Shown in pieces: positions 16,062 to 34,284 of a stretch of 64,000 bases of DNA. The DNA is from the human T2T-CHM13v2.0 reference genome, Homo sapiens, in assembly GCF_009914755.1 (NCBI RefSeq), contig NC_060947.1; one strand, 5' to 3'. Made by a program: the position numbers and the translations under genes. Below the pieces are notes generated by a model, which searched no databases, was not told where the DNA came from, and was given only the letters and a program-made list of their open reading frames with translations. The number at the start of each line of letters is the position of its first letter. Position 1 is the stretch's first letter.

Positions 16062-16099
<38 letters not shown>
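16062..16099. repeat. (AC)19 microsatellite
   Basis: Perfect AC run. Confidence 0.97.
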
Positions 16100-16104
<5 letters not shown>

Positions 16105-16379
16105 AGGAAAGTCAGTGCCTAGGAAAGCGTAATGCTTACAATTGATGCAGCAGAATGCAAAGTGGGAATGTGTTTTCCACAGTATTCTTTGGTACAGGAA
16201 TTAAAGCAGTTCTGCAACTCCATGAGACAAGCAAAAATTGCCTCTGACTTATATGCTCTCTGCATATAGATGATGCTGATAGTATAGGGCTAAAATTTGA
16301 CACTGACAGAAATGAAATATGTCTCAGAAAGTGTCTCCCATAGGAAAAGAGAAAAATCAGTACTCAAAATCAGCACACA

Positions 16380-19400
<3,021 letters not shown>

Positions 19401-19489
19401 AGATAATGTGAATTATTAAGAAAAAAACCACAGTCCTACTCTTAAGTAATTTCTATAGACAGTTCTTCAGCTAGACGGGGAACTATGCC

Positions 19490-20803
19490 AGAGAAAAACA
19501 TGAAATACCAGTCATGAAGAAAACAAATAAATGGTAACTATTTAGCTAGATATAAAAATACTATGTCTTTCCTATTTAATTCATTAATCTATATATTATA
19601 CTTGAAGGCAAAAATTATAATAGTGTATAATGAGGTTTCCAATGTATAGAGATGCAATAGGTAAGACAATTATAATGGTGAAGAAGGTGAGGAGACCTAT
19701 GTGTTTGTAAAGTTATCATATTTCACGTGGAGTGGTAAAATATTAATCAGAAGTAGACTGTGAAGATTTAAGTATATATATTATATTATAATACCTAAAA
19801 AACCTACTGAAAAAAGATATAGTCAAAGAATGAATGTTAAAGGTTAAACAAGTTCAAATAATATAAAAGGAATAAAAAGGGAAACTGAGGGAAAAGCACA
19901 GAGCAATTAGAAAACAAATAATAAAATGATAGAACTAAACCCAAACATCAATAATTGCATTAGGTGCAAATGTTAAACCAATTAAGAGAAATTTTCAGAA
20001 TAAAATAAATGAACCAATTATATGTGATATATAAGAAACTCATCTCAGATATAATAATATGAATAGGTTAAAGCTAAAAGAGTAGAAATACATGCGTCAT
20101 CCAAAGAGTAATCAAAACAAACTTGAGGTAGCTAGATCAATATCAGACTAAGTATAATTTTGAGAAAAGAAAACTGCCAGAGTTATGGAGGGACATAACA
20201 AAACAATGATAGGATCAATTTACCAGAAATATAAAACAGTCCTGTTTATGCACAAAACAATAAATCTACAAAATATATTACACAGAAACTGACAGAATAG
20301 AAAGGAGAAACAGACAAATCCAAAATTATAGTTGAAGACTTAAAACACTCATTTGAACAGCACCATTAACTAACTGGACATAATTGACATTTATGAATTA
20401 TTTCAATGCAAGGCAACAGAAAACACATTATTTTTAATAAATAAGAAACTTTTATCAGGATGGGCCATGTCAAAACATACTTTAATATATTTAAAATAAT
20501 TTAAAGCATACAAATAAAGTTATTAGATGATAACAAAATTAAGCTAAACTGGATTACAAATTGATAGCCCGGGAATCTTCCAAACACTTGGCAGTTAAAT
20601 GACACGATTATCCACAGTTGCCATGATTGTCTATGACTCTCATGTATTTTATAGGAAAAAATATTGTAAATATAAGGAGTTTAGAAAATTTTCAAGACAC
20701 AAGGCAGCACACAAAATCAATTGTGTATCTCTATAGTAGCAAAGAACAATTGGAAACTGAAATTTATGTATGTATGTAAATATATATATGTAAATACATA
20801 ATT

Positions 20804-20842
<39 letters not shown>

Positions 20843-21150
20843 CCACACCCACATGCACCCACGCACCACACACATGCTCCAAAAAATGAAATGCTTAGGT
20901 AAAAATTTAGCAGAATAAGTACAAGGTCTTCATGATGAAAAGTACAAAACACTGATGAACTAAATTAAAGAAGACCTAAATAAACGAAGAGACATACAGT
21001 GTTCATGGATTGGTAATCTCGAGATAGTAAGGAATTTTGTATTCTAATTGTGGTGGTGGTGGTGGTTATGCAAATATGCATGTGTTAAAATTAATATAAC
21101 TGCATCAAAATAGTTAATTTTACTGTAAAAAATTTAAAACAAAAAATAAG
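19490..21150 (+). mobile_element. Old L1M (MC/MD/ME) fragments: inter-ORF region, endonuclease, part of RT, 3' end
   Basis: aaactgacagaatagaaaggagaaacagacaaatccaaaattatagttgaagactt and aaagaagacctaaataaacgaagagacatacagtgttcatggattgg. Confidence 0.8.
20787..20875. repeat. Compound (TA)n(CA)n microsatellite inside L1M
   Basis: Visible TA run followed by a CA run. Confidence 0.9.
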
Positions 21151-21199
21151 CAAAATTATAACTATTATACGTGGTATGGGAAGACCATAAAATAAGCAG

Positions 21200-21695
21200 A
21201 CTTTTTATAGAGAAAAGTTGAGGGTACATATATTTGAGGAAGTAATAGTTGAAATAGAATATTTAGAATAAATGGGAATTATCTAGACAAGAAAGAGGAA
21301 GAACATTCTGTATATTGGTATAAGCATGTTCAAGGGTATATGGCAAGAGGAAAAATAATGAGAATGAAAGATGCAAAGAAATTTGTGTGGCTAAAACACA
21401 GAAAGCCAATTTTGATTGGTACAAGATGAGGCTGCAGAGATAGGGAGAGGGCAGACCATAGACTTGCAGTCAAGTTATTAAATTTTGCATTGCTTGTGAT
21501 AAAGATAGGAAAACTTTGAAACATTTTAAATATAGGAAAATGAGGGGAGTAACGTCAAAAGTCAGATTTGCATTTCTAAAGATAGTTCTTCCTGCATTAT
21601 GAATAATAAATTGGGAGGAAGCTGACTAGACAGAAAAAGAGCAGATAGAAATCTATTAAAAATGTCCAGAGCTAAATGGATTTGAAATATATTTG
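21200..21695 (-). mobile_element. L2 fragment
   Basis: gaagaacattctg...agcatgttcaaggg...ggcagaccata...gtcagatttgcatttctaaagatagttct. Confidence 0.7.
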
Positions 21696-23455
21696 GGACT
21701 TGCTTTTTAGTAATGCCAGACTACATAATTTAACTACCACTGATAACTATGATAGCCAAACAAAACATACTTTTAAAATGTTCTTGATGATATTGGAGAG
21801 CTAACAAGATAATAAATAATTATCAATACATGATCCAGAAGAGAGGATGGAGTCCCAGGAAAAGAAGCCTGATAGTTGAAGGCCACTTTTCCTGCAGATA
21901 ATTTACCAATATAGGACAGGGTGACGGAGAGACAAAAAAAGCCTTTAACAATTTTGAAAGCCTTGTGGTACCAAAGCACAGGAATTTGAAGCCGGCACAC
22001 CAAGAGAGGACATCTGATAAAGTCCTCACAATATATTTAGAATGGGATGACTCTTAGGAGTAAATTAGAACCAGATATAGACAAACACTTGCAGGGAATT
22101 CAGACCACTCTAGCAACTGAATCTCAATCTCCAAAATTTATTTCAGATACTTCTAGATTACTAGTGCTTCTAGTTATCTCTTCAAAAAGACAACATAATC
22201 AGCTTCAGATTATTTCTATATACAATTTCCAAAACGCCATTTCTGGTGAATATAACAAATGAGGACGTTAGAAAACATGACTAAACACTAGCAGAAAGAG
22301 CAGAAAATAGAAATCAGACACCAAGGGCCTTCAGATAACAAAATTATCAGACATAGACCAAAAAATAACTATTTTTACTATGTTAAAGTAAATTAAACAA
22401 AAACGTCAGTAATTAAGCAGTTAATGAGAAATTCTTTTTAAAAAGAGAAACCAACAGGAAATTATAGAGTAGGGAAATATAATAATTAAAATCAAGACCT
22501 CCTAATAGCAGGAAAGCCAGGGAAACATATCGTGATTTCACATTCCTGCATCTCTCTGATCTCTTCCAATAAGGTCCTGTTTGCTAAACCCAACTCAAAG
22601 CCACAGGTTAAGGGAATCATGTTGACGTAGTTCATATATGTCACTCACCAAAGGCAGAGAAAAATATGGGGAATGAATCTGAAGAGGTAAATGGAAGTTA
22701 CCCAGCAGAGGACAAAAGACAGAGTAAATTATACCTAAGGATTTCTAAAAACTGATGAAAGCTATCAAGATCAATATTCATGAATCCCAAGCAGAAATTT
22801 TGTATTTTTTTAAAAAAGGATACTCACACCTAACTTACCATAGTAAAACTGCTGAATAACTAAGACAAAGAACAGTGAAAAAAATAGATGACTTCCAAAG
22901 AAACAATCATTTAAATGTTGGCTGACTTTTCAGCAGAAACAATGGAAGTTATAACACTCTGAAATTTACGTCTTTAATGTGCTTTAAGTTAATCATTTCC
23001 AACTTAGATTTATATACCAGTGAAAAATAGTATACAAGATAATGTGAAATAAGAAATTTTCACAAAAACAAAAGCTGAATAAATATGACATCAGATGTGG
23101 ACTACAGTTCATAGTAAAGTGTGTTCTTCAGTAAGCAAAAAGTAAATACAGATTGAAAAATAAAATAAAATAAAAACACTGCCAGAAGGAAGGTGAGACA
23201 TGCAGGAGGTAATAAAAGACACAGAAAAAGTAAAGGCATTGATACATAGAAACAAAAACATATATAATAAAACAGCAATAATGCATCCAGTGGTGAGTTT
23301 TAAAAATATATATTATATATATTTTTATATATGTATAATGAAATATATAATGATCAAATGGAATATGTATTAGAAGGAGTAAATGAAGTTTAATTCTTTT
23401 AAGATTTTTGCCTGGGAAAGATTAAAAGTACTAACATTACAGTTTGATAAATCAC
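21696..23455 (+). mobile_element. L1ME (f/g-type) 5' end and ORF1, interrupted by an old MLT1-type fragment at about 22510-22708
   Basis: gacttgctttttagtaatgccagacta start; ggctgacttttcagcagaaacaatggaag ORF1 motif; MLT1-like aacccaactcaaagccacagg...gaatctgaagaggtaaatggaag. Confidence 0.65.
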
Positions 23456-23990
23456 AACAACTTCACCTGTTTTATTCAGAGTTGCATTCAATCTCTCTTC
23501 CATATTGCAATAGCATTGAATAAAGTTTTTCTTTCCTGTTTAACTAAATATGGAGCAACTTACCTTTGACACTTTTAATGATCAGATTTATCACTGGACC
23601 CTGATCTCTCACCCAGGACCTCAGGCGCACCTTTGAAGCCTTTGTCTTCACTCCTGACTGATTAATCAGAGATCCATTGACGAGTCCTTCTCCTGATCCA
23701 GTTTTCTGAATGACATCCACTGAAGCACCACCGTGAGGACAGATTTTGATTCTCAGGATTCTGAGTATACTTTTGAGGCTTGGATAGAGTCCTAGGCTTT
23801 TTTTTTCTTTTTGGAAAGGTATTGTTGGTTAAGAATATTGGAAATTCTCATTGAGAGATCATTTGATCAAATTTCAGTTCTTCAGTATTTAGAGTACTAT
23901 TTCTTAGTGGTGATTTCATTTTGATTCTTTTTTTGGCACAATCTCATAGAGATATTTTGAAGAATAATTTGGAACTTAAATGTCCTTTTT

Positions 23991-24316
<326 letters not shown>

Positions 24317-24580
24317 AATGGCCTCTTTGGGAAACTTGAGGTCTCCCTAAATGGGCTCACTTAAAACTTCTCTACTGCCTTTACCTTCATTCCTCATTCT
24401 CCTTTTATCACCTTAAATATTCTCTTCAGTTTATTTAAATTGTATATGACATGTCTAACTTCAACACCTCTGCCTCCTCCATCCCTCTGCTCATCTTTGC
24501 CAGAACTTTCCATTCCTACTCTGATCCCTCAACTATCCAAAAATAGTTTATTTTATTTTGATGCTTCCCTGAAAGCTCTC

Positions 24581-24850
24581 TTTTTCAATCTAATTTTTAT
24601 TGTTATTTTTTGTGAGTACATTGTAGATGTATATATTTATGGGGTACATGAGCTGTTTTCATACAGGCATGCAATGCATAATAATCGCATCATGGAGAAT
24701 GAGGCATTAATCTCCTCAAGCATTTATCCTTTGTGTTACGAACAGTCCAATTATACTCTTTTAGTTATTTTTTAAAATATAATTAAATTATTATTGACTA
24801 TAGTCACTGTATTGTGCTACCAAATTGTAGGTCTTAATATTTTTTTCTTC
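24581..24850 (-). mobile_element. L1MA1/2 3' end
   Basis: gtatatatttatggggtacatgag...catcatggagaat...ctcaagcatttatcctttgtgttac. Confidence 0.88.
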
Positions 24851-27099
24851 TAAAACCTCTTGTAATCAACTACAACTAAAGTGTTTTTTTCTTCAGTGAA
24901 AGGGACTGTCTTAGAAATCTATGAAAGTGACTATGGCCAGCTAATTTGAGACACAAGCCTCCAGTGACATTGCTTAAATGCTCTTCAGACCACGCCACTG
25001 GGCTAAGTCAGGATTTCTAGAACTCTAGTGGAGAAATGAATGTGTTCATGAAACTACTAATCCAAGATCAAGCAAAGAAATATTTAATTACCCACGGCTG
25101 AATAAGCTGATGCAGGATTATTATGGGCTCTGTTTGGTATATTGATGATGCTGTAATGTTCTGTTTTCTCTTAAGCTAACTTACAATAATCTATTGGATT
25201 TTATTCTGTAATTAAAAATTTAACATTTATCTTCTTATCCTAGCCTGATTTCTCAAGAATTTGGAAACCCTTGATGAATATCTTTTTCATGGCAGTAAAA
25301 TTATTTATATAGTTTTGGCAAGAATCAGTCCTTCTTGAAACAATATAATTGGAAAAAAATGATTAAATAACCAAGTCTTTGATTAGAGTGTCATATTTGA
25401 AAATAAAGCATAGACTCAGATATGGTTAAAGAATTTTAAAGAACTGAGGTTGACTTGATGGAGCCAACATTTATATAAAGCCTGTTTGAGTAAATGGACA
25501 TGATGCCTAGACTGCATATTTCCTAGCCTTACAGCAAAGTAAAGAGACTTTTTTTTTTTTTTTGACAATTCCGTGAAGTCTGGTGGTGAGTTCCTGCCTT
25601 GGCTTACAAACCCAAGAGACTTCTCGAAGTCCAATCAGATTCCCCATGAAAACTTTCAGCAAATCAAACTTAAAAATACCTATGTGATTAATTACCATCC
25701 TTGCAACAGATATAAATAAGCAGGCCAAATCTGATCAAAACAAACCTATATTTTAAACAAGAATATCTTATTTTAATTTTCTTTTATCAAAAAGAAGTGG
25801 GGTGCAAATTGAAATTTTATATTTCAGTAGAAAACCCATCATTATGAGTTATCAAATTCTCGTCACATTTATTACCTTTGAACTATTTTTCACTCCTCTG
25901 TAAACTATAGTATACGGTTTTGTTATCTAGCTATCAATTGGACTGGATTCTATCATCTTGAACGTTTTGTCAGTCCTTACAAAATTTTCTTTGTTTTTTT
26001 TTTTTTTCTTCAGTAGCTGGGTACAACTATACAAGCCTAAATTTCTATTTTTTTTCCTGTCCTCCTGAACTGGTATAACTCAGAACTAAAATCTGACTTC
26101 CTGGATCATAACTGATACCCTAGTTTGTCTTTTAGCTGACTTTTCCCATTGGATCTAGAGAAGTCCTGTGAGATGAAACAGGATAACTTTTTATAAATTG
26201 CAAAGAACTCACCACCATGCCAGGTTATGTATGAGCAACCTCTGTGCCTGAAACTGCTGCTAAGTGGGCCATTCAGGAACTTTACTAGAAATTTGCACTG
26301 TCCGTGCCTTTGTTCTAGGAAATAACCATGGTTGTGGATAAACCTACTAACCTCTTAATGTATATGCCATCACCAAACATTTAAACTGAAAACCAGGAAA
26401 TCAATTAGATTGCCATTACCATGATCATTACACTCTCTAAAAATGCTTTGAGTATCTAGGATCCTCGATCAACTGTGATTTTGACACAGAAACTCCATTA
26501 CTAGTCTGGTTCAACAAGTAATCTTTGTTGTTATTTTTATATTTTATAGAAATGTCATTTTTATTAAATACCTGATGGCTAACACCATTCAGAAAATATC
26601 CTCTACTGCCAATTATTAACAGATAGGTAAGCTGGTCTTTAATTAACGAAGGGCGACTGAATGAAAAACAGACTTACATTGTACAGAGGAAAAGTAATAT
26701 CTTATTTCCTTGCACAGGAGGAAGAACTAATAAGGACTCTCTCCTTGTACAGGACAGGAGACTAACAAGAAGAAAATTCTAGTCAGCCTTTTTGAACTCT
26801 TCTTCTCTACTAGGTCTCTTTCTTGGCCTGCTGTTCTTGACCTGCCAACTGAATTAGCTTTACCCCACCAAACCAGTATAGTAAGAATATGTCCACCCTT
26901 TATAACCTAAGCAAGTTTTTCTTATAGTTTTTTACCCACTGACTCCCTCACTGTGCTCATTGGCTATAAATCCCTATCTACCTATTTCTATTTAGCACTG
27001 AGTTCAATTTCTCTCACCTATTACAATAGCCTTGAATAAAGTCTACTGTGTCTGCTTAATTCCCTCTGGTGCAATTTCTTTGATACTTTGTAACTTAAA

Positions 27100-27300
27100 A
27101 GATGTGTAGCTCTGGTCAAATTATTTTATTTCAGTGTGCAGTTTCCTTATATAGAAAATGAGAATAATAATAGTGCCTATACCTTATGTATTTTGTGGGG
27201 TTTTTTTCAGAATTAAATAAAATATCTGTAAAATGCTTAAAATATAAAAATGGCACTAGCACATAGTAAGAATAAAAACTTAATAACTGTTAGATATTAT
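27100..27300 (+). mobile_element. MIR
   Basis: gcagtttccttatatagaaaatgagaataataatagtgcctatacc...gcacatagtaag. Confidence 0.75.
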
Positions 27301-27489
27301 TAGGAAAAATCTTCAGTGTCTTATCATGGCCATATACAAAATAAAAGGACAAAAATATAGTAAATAAATACTTCAGCAAGTCACATTTCCTTATTATAAT
27401 GTCTACTGATAATAATGCATTTTCTTAGCACTGTACTACATACAGAATAGAAATTCATTCAGAGAAAAAAAAACACAACAAAAATTGAC

Positions 27490-28100
27490 TTTTATAGAGT
27501 ATGCACCAAATGCCAGTCACTGCATTAGTAACTAGGGTTACAATGATGAAAAAGCCTTGTTCTTGGCCTTTGACAAGCTCATAGTCAAGTGGGAGACACA
27601 GACGTAAAAAATAAATCTTTACAATTGAAATGGTTTAAATATAAATGACCAACCATATTTTCCTTTTGAAAGAAATCATTCAGGAAACATTAAAATGGAG
27701 AATAGCTTAGAGGGCAATGAGATAAACAGAAAGACCAATTAGTTTACTATTGTCATCATTTAGGTAAAGAATAATCATTTAAGTAAAGACAGTAGCAACA
27801 GGAATGAAGAGTGAGAATGTGTATCTGAGATACGGTATCATCACATGAACTATTAGAGAAATAAAAGCCTTGGGTAGGGGTATGGCATGATGACAATATT
27901 CAAATATGAAGGCCTACCATGTGGAAAACAACTTAGACTAATTTTTTCTTGGTGGTATGTCAAACAATCCAGATTTAAGGAGAAAAGGTTACTGGGAAGC
28001 AGAGTTAGGGAAATGAAAAGTTTAATCAGATCCTTCAAGAGACAATCCATGTAATTGAAAGTACTGAAAATAGAGTCTGAGTGAACAATTATCCATAACT
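27490..28100. mobile_element. L2 fragment (minus, about 27490-27830) followed by an L3/CR1 fragment (plus, about 27830-28100)
   Basis: L2 motif caccaaatgccagtcactgcattag...agctcatagtcaagtgggagacacagac; CR1 motif atattcaaatatgaaggcctaccatgtggaa. Confidence 0.55.
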
Positions 28101-28433
28101 GTTATGAACAGTAGTCATATATTTGGCATGGAATGATTCCACAGTACTTCTCCCTTATCATTTGCTTAAGATACACGTCTTATTAATATTTCCTGAAAAG
28201 TTATTCTGTTCTTCTTTCTCTATTCCTTTGTGTTAAACAAGGCTATTCTCAATGGTGTGAGTCCTTCCTTCTTTCATAACTTGACTCCCACCTAACTCTC
28301 TCACCCGCTTACAAAAAATCAACTCAAAATAGATTAAAGACTTAACTCTGAAACCTGAAACTATAAAACTACCAGAAAAAATGTAGTAAAAATTCTTCAA
28401 GTCATTTTTCCAGGAAAGGATTTTTTGGATAAG

Positions 28434-28796
28434 TGTATTACTCCATTTTCATAATGTTGTGAAGAAATACCCAAGACTGGGTAATTTATACAGAAAGAGA
28501 AGTTTTAATGGACTCACAATTACACATGGCTGGAATAGCCTCACAATCATGGCAGAAGGTGAAGGAGGAGCAAAGGTCCATCTTACATGGTGGCAGGCAA
28601 GAGAGCATGTGCAAGGAACTGCCCTTTATAAAGCCATCAGGCCTCATCAGATTTATTCACAATCACAAGAACAGCATGGGAAAAACCTGCCCCCATGATT
28701 CAATTACCTCCCACCAGGTGCCTCCCACACACCTGGGGATTATAGGCGCTACAATTCAACATGAGGTTTCGGTGGGGACACAGCCAAACCATATCA
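28434..28796 (-). mobile_element. THE1D-like solo LTR
   Basis: tgtattactccattttc...ggggacacagccaaaccatatca; perfect 5-bp TSD ataag at 28429-28433 and 28797-28801. Confidence 0.95.
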
Positions 28797-29526
28797 ATAA
28801 GACTTCAAGAACACAGAAAACAAAACGGAAAAAAAGATAGATGTTATTAGATTAAGCTAAAAAGCTTCTGCACAACAAAGGAAACAATCAACAAAGACAC
28901 GATTCAAAGAAAGGGAGAAAGTATTCACAAACTAATCATCTGACAAGGGGTTAATATAAAAAATATATGAGGATCTTGATCAATTCAGTAGCACGAAAAA
29001 TAGAAATAATCTGATTTTAAAATGAGTAAAAGATCTGAATAGACATTTCTCAAAAGAAGACATAATGAACACATGAAATGAGCAATGAACATATGAAAAA
29101 AATGCCCAACATCATTAATCATCAGGGAAATGCAAATCAAAAGCACAATGCAATATCATTCCATCCAGTTAAAATGGTTATTATCAAAGAGACAAAACAT
29201 AAGAAATGATGGTAAGAATTTGGAGAAAGGGGAACTCATACACTATTGATGGGAATTCAGATTAATGAAACAATTATGAGCAAAATACTAAAAACAGATC
29301 TAACGTATGATTCAACAGTCCCAATACTGGATTGGGATCCAGTATCCAAAGGAAAGGAAATCAGTATGTCAAAGAGATATCTAGACCCTCATATATATTG
29401 CAGCACTATTCACAATAGCCAAGATGTGGAATCAAACTAAGTGTCCATCAACAGATGAAGAATTTTTTTTAATGTGGTAATATTTACACGCTGGAATACT
29501 ACTGAGCTATAAAAAAGAATGAATCC

Positions 29527-29855
<329 letters not shown>

Positions 29856-30570
29856 TAAAAAAAGAATGAGTCCTGTCATTTGTGACAACATGGATGAACC
29901 TAGAGTACATTGTTCTAAGTTAAACAACTCAAGCACCAAAGTGCCAATACTGCATGATTTCACCCATATGTGAAATCTAAAAAAAGTTCATCTATATAAG
30001 TGAAGATAGAATAGAGCTTGATCAATGAGTACAAAGTTACACCTAAATAGGAGGGATAAGTTCCAGTATTCTCTTGCACAGTAGGGTGACTACAGTTAAT
30101 AAAAATGTATTTGTCTATTTCAAAATAGCAAGACAAGAGGATTTTGAATGTTTTTATCACACAGAAATCTCAAGTGTTTGAGGTTATGGGTAAGTGAATT
30201 ACCCTGAATTGATAATTATACAATGTGTATGTGTGCTGAAACATCACACTGTACCCCATGAACAGGTACAATTATTACATATCAATTAAAAACAAAACTT
30301 TAAAAAGTTATTAAAATGTATGTTAAATGTTTCTTTAAATTATTATATAATCCTAATTTAAAGATAGAAGTTTTAACTCTGATATAATTCTACTCTGCTG
30401 TTATTAATTTGATATCTTTTTTAATTTCTTCCAAAACCCCATCTTTGTATACAATTTTCCTTAAAAGTTTCTGATATATTGCTTTATTATGTTATCTAGC
30501 AAGAGAGAAAACTTAAGTATACTCTTTAATTTTATTGAAATGTTCTGTTGGGTATATGAGATTTACCATG

Positions 30571-30975
30571 TGTTACAGACTACATTGGGTCCCCTTCCCT
30601 GCCTAAATATAATAATTCTTATATTGAAGGCTTTACCCCAATGTGACTTTATTTGAAGATATGGCTTTAGGAGGTGACTACAGTTCAATGAGGTCATAAA
30701 GTGGGCCCTAATCAAATGGTACATGTGTCCTTATAAGAGGAGGCAGAGAAACCAGAGAGTGTTCCTTCTCTTTCCATATACATGGAAAAGATCTTGTGAA
30801 GACACAGTGAGAAGGTGGCCATCTGCAAGCCAGGAAGAAAGCTCTCAACCAAAATTGAACCCTTGTTAAACTTTATCTGGGATTTCCAATCTCCAGATCT
30901 GGGAGCAAATAAAATTTTGTTACTGAACCCATGAAGTCTATAGCACTTTGTTGGTAGCTTAAGCAGACTACTACA
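30571..30975 (+). mobile_element. MLT1A/B-type solo LTR
   Basis: tgttacagac...gtgtccttataagagg...gccatctgcaagccaggaag...gactactaca; perfect TSD ccatg at 30566-30570 and 30976-30980. Confidence 0.9.
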
Positions 30976-31940
30976 CCATGTCTTCCCTTTCCTTTCTTCA
31001 ATTTTGCTTTGCTTACCACCATAGTCTCTCTGGGTGTTTTATTTTTTGTCTGTCTTCTAAAACTTTTTATATAACTGGAGAAATAAATGAGGAGATTTCC
31101 TCTGTCATAGTTCACACACTTTTCCTTTTATCTGTTACATATTTGTGTTGGCTATGTTTCTTTGTATGATTAAAATCTTGTTCATTCAAAAATTAAACAA
31201 TGAAAACTAAATCAGAAGACAGAAAGTAGTAATACTAGCAATTTGGGCTTCTGGTAGTGTTGCATTGAGAGGGCATGTATTTCTCTCTTGGAAAAACTGG
31301 TAATAGAAATTAGTATTGGAAGGCATAGTGTGATCTGCAATAAAGTCAACAGGATTCATAAGGAAGTCCCAGGACAGTTTATAAAGGCAACTACTATAGA
31401 GCAGTTTTCGTAGATGCTTTGTAACTTGCTGCCCACTTAAAAAAATTATATTTTCAGCCTAAAGTATGCTTCTTTCATTTCTTATAATACCACTATCACA
31501 ATTATGGCTCGTATTTCTCTCTGGTGTTTTAGATATGGATTTTAATGTATTATGGACAAGTCAATCTCTAGAGGTTGAAACACCTGCTATCAGAATTTTC
31601 CACTATTTTTAAAGATAGGCCAGATTCATTGGATACAAGATTCAAATTCTAGATTCACTGAGTAACTGGATAGCTGCCTACTGCCTTCTTTTACCCATCA
31701 AAAAAAGAAGAAAACATTGGTTATGTAACTCATACATGTGGGGTACTATGGGGACAGAGGTAAAGAAAGCAACTTTTCCAAGACTAGTGTCGATCTCCAA
31801 TGAGAAGATTAAAAAAGAATTCCATGTTCTCACTTAATATTTAGGTCTAGTATTCTATCACATTTTTTTCCTGAGACCAAATAACAACCAAGTTCCAATT
31901 GATAGCTAAGGTTAGTATGAATCTCAAAAGGATTTTGGAA

Positions 31941-32543
31941 TATGTTAGTTTTCTATTACTGTGCAAAAAATCACAAATGGAGCAGTTTAAAACAATTCCC
32001 ATTTATTCGCTCATAGTTTTGTGAGTCATAAGTCCAGGTGTGCTCACCTGGTTTCTCTACTTAGGGTCTCAACAAGACCAAAGTCAAATTGTTAGCTGGA
32101 TGGGCTCTTACCTGTACGTTCTGTGGAAGAATCCACCTACAGTATCACCCAAATTGTTGACAGAATTCAAGCCTTTGCAGTTGTAGTTAATGTAATCTCC
32201 ATTTTCTTGCTGGCTGGCAACCTGGGACCACTCTCGTCTAGCAGAAGGCAATCTCGGGTCTTTACCTCATGATTCCTTTCTATTAAACAATTGAGAACTT
32301 CATGTTGAATCCCTCTTACACTTCCAACCACTCTGAATTACTGTTCTACTATTGTCTAAATAAAACTATCTGTCTTTAAAGGGCAATGTGAAAGGTTAAG
32401 CCTAACCAAATAATCTCCCTATATTTAGGTCTAAGTACACTTAATAACACCTGCAAGATCTTTGTCACATAGCATGACATAATCATAAGAGTAACACCTT
32501 GGGTGCTAAAGTCATAAAAACTATCTTAGAATTCTATCACACA
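31941..32543 (-). mobile_element. MLT1E-like LTR
   Basis: tatgttagttttctattactgtg...aacaattcccatttatt...ggaagaatccacc...ttttcttgctggctg...atcttagaattct. Confidence 0.8.
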
Positions 32544-33469
32544 GAGTAACAAAGAAAGAAAAATTTTAAAAAGCAATAAAGGAGAAAAACAAAGTGAAAG
32601 CAAATACAAAGTGAAAATATACTAAAAAATTTAAGATTTTACAGTTTTGGGTATGATAATGTTTTGAAGCAGGAAACATGTATGTATTTGTAAATACCGA
32701 TAGGATAAGCACAATGTTAAAATATTTTGACGTTGATAAGCATGTAAATCAAGCCTTATTTTCAGTGTAGCATCTGTCAGATAAACTGGTAAATTGGTAA
32801 CTATTTAGGAAAACATTAATTTATCAACAAGAGAATGAATAACTCCTTATAGTTTAGTGCACAACATAGAATAAGGAGCCAGACCAATATATAGAGACCC
32901 AGTTGGTAAATTTGAAATCAATTGAAAATGTAGTAAGTAAAAATGAGAGAAGATAAACTGTCACATAAAATAATAACAACACAATGCATTATTGAAGAGG
33001 AGAAATGATGTACATGAAAAAAAAAACATTAAGATAAAAAGTAAGTCATTAGCCGGGACATTTTAATTTTCTTACCAATTAAGTTTATAGAATGTTAATA
33101 CATTTTCAACATTTAAAAACTACTTTCACACAAGTATTCATGTGAGACATGATACCACGAGATGCTCTGAAATGCCAGATGTAATTGAAAGACTTTACTT
33201 AAAAAAAAAAAAAAAATAACTATTTCTTTTTGCAACATATGGGAGGGTGTAAGCTTCACTATGTGATCCATCCGACTTGTGCTCCAAAGAGACAGGTGTT
33301 AAATTCCTGTTAAAGGAAGATTTTGTCTTTGTAATTCAATTTATTTTACTTGTATTACTGTAATTGTAATAACACAATATTGTTTAAATCATACTACCCT
33401 AAAAGTAGTCTTAACCTTAAAAAAATCAAATTACTAGTTGATATTTCTTGCCTATTATGTGATAAATTT

Positions 33470-33895
33470 CCCATAACCTTCTCTAAATAACAAAATTTTG
33501 GGTATGGGAAACAGATTAATATTTTTCAGGGGTTAGGGGTTTGAGGAAAATGTTAATATAGCAGAAGGTTATTTATTTGGGTTGATGGAACAGTTCTCTA
33601 TCATGATGGTTGTAATGATTACATGAAACTATACAGGCTACAAAATTTCACAGAAGTATAACAACACCAACAGTATAACGAGTACATGCAAAAACTTATG
33701 AGATATTTATGAGGTACATAGTTTATTTAATAGTATTGCACCAATGTAAATTTCCTCCAGGTTTTGATAACTGTATTAAGATTTTGTAAGAATTTTTCAC
33801 TGGGGGAAGCTTGGTGAAGTGTACAGGGGAAATAGGTATACTACTTTTGCAATTTCTATTTGAATCTCAAACTATTCAAACTAAAAATTTAAAAA
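33470..33895 (+). mobile_element. L1MD-type 3' end
   Basis: aacagattaatatttttcaggggttaggg...ccaatgtaaatttcc...tgggggaagcttggtgaag. Confidence 0.75.
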
Positions 33896-34013
33896 GACAT
33901 ATATCATCAAGTCAAAACTATATTTTTAAGATAAACACTTAGCAAGTCAGAAAAGACACTGGAAATGTGGGAAGATATTAGTGCCTGGAGTTACTAGAGA
34001 GTTTAACAAGGAT

Positions 34014-34280
34014 CTTATTTATTTATTTTTATTTAAAAAATAATTTCAACATTTATTTTAAATCCAAGGGGTACATGTGCCTGTTTGTTACACGGGTATA
34101 TTGCGTGATGAAGATCGGGATACGATAGAGCCCAGATTGAACCCATCACCCATAAAGTAAGCATAGTACCCAATAGTTTTTTAACCCTTGCCCCTTGCCC
34201 TCCCTCCCACCTCTTATAGTCCCCAGTGTCTATATTTGCCATTTTTATGTCCATGAACACCCTCTGTTCACCTACTTTCG
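34014..34280 (-). mobile_element. L1PA15/16 3' end
   Basis: ggggtacatgtgcctgtttgttacacgggtatattgcgtgatg...gcatagtacccaatag...agtccccagtgtcta. Confidence 0.88.
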
Positions 34281-34284
34281 ATAA

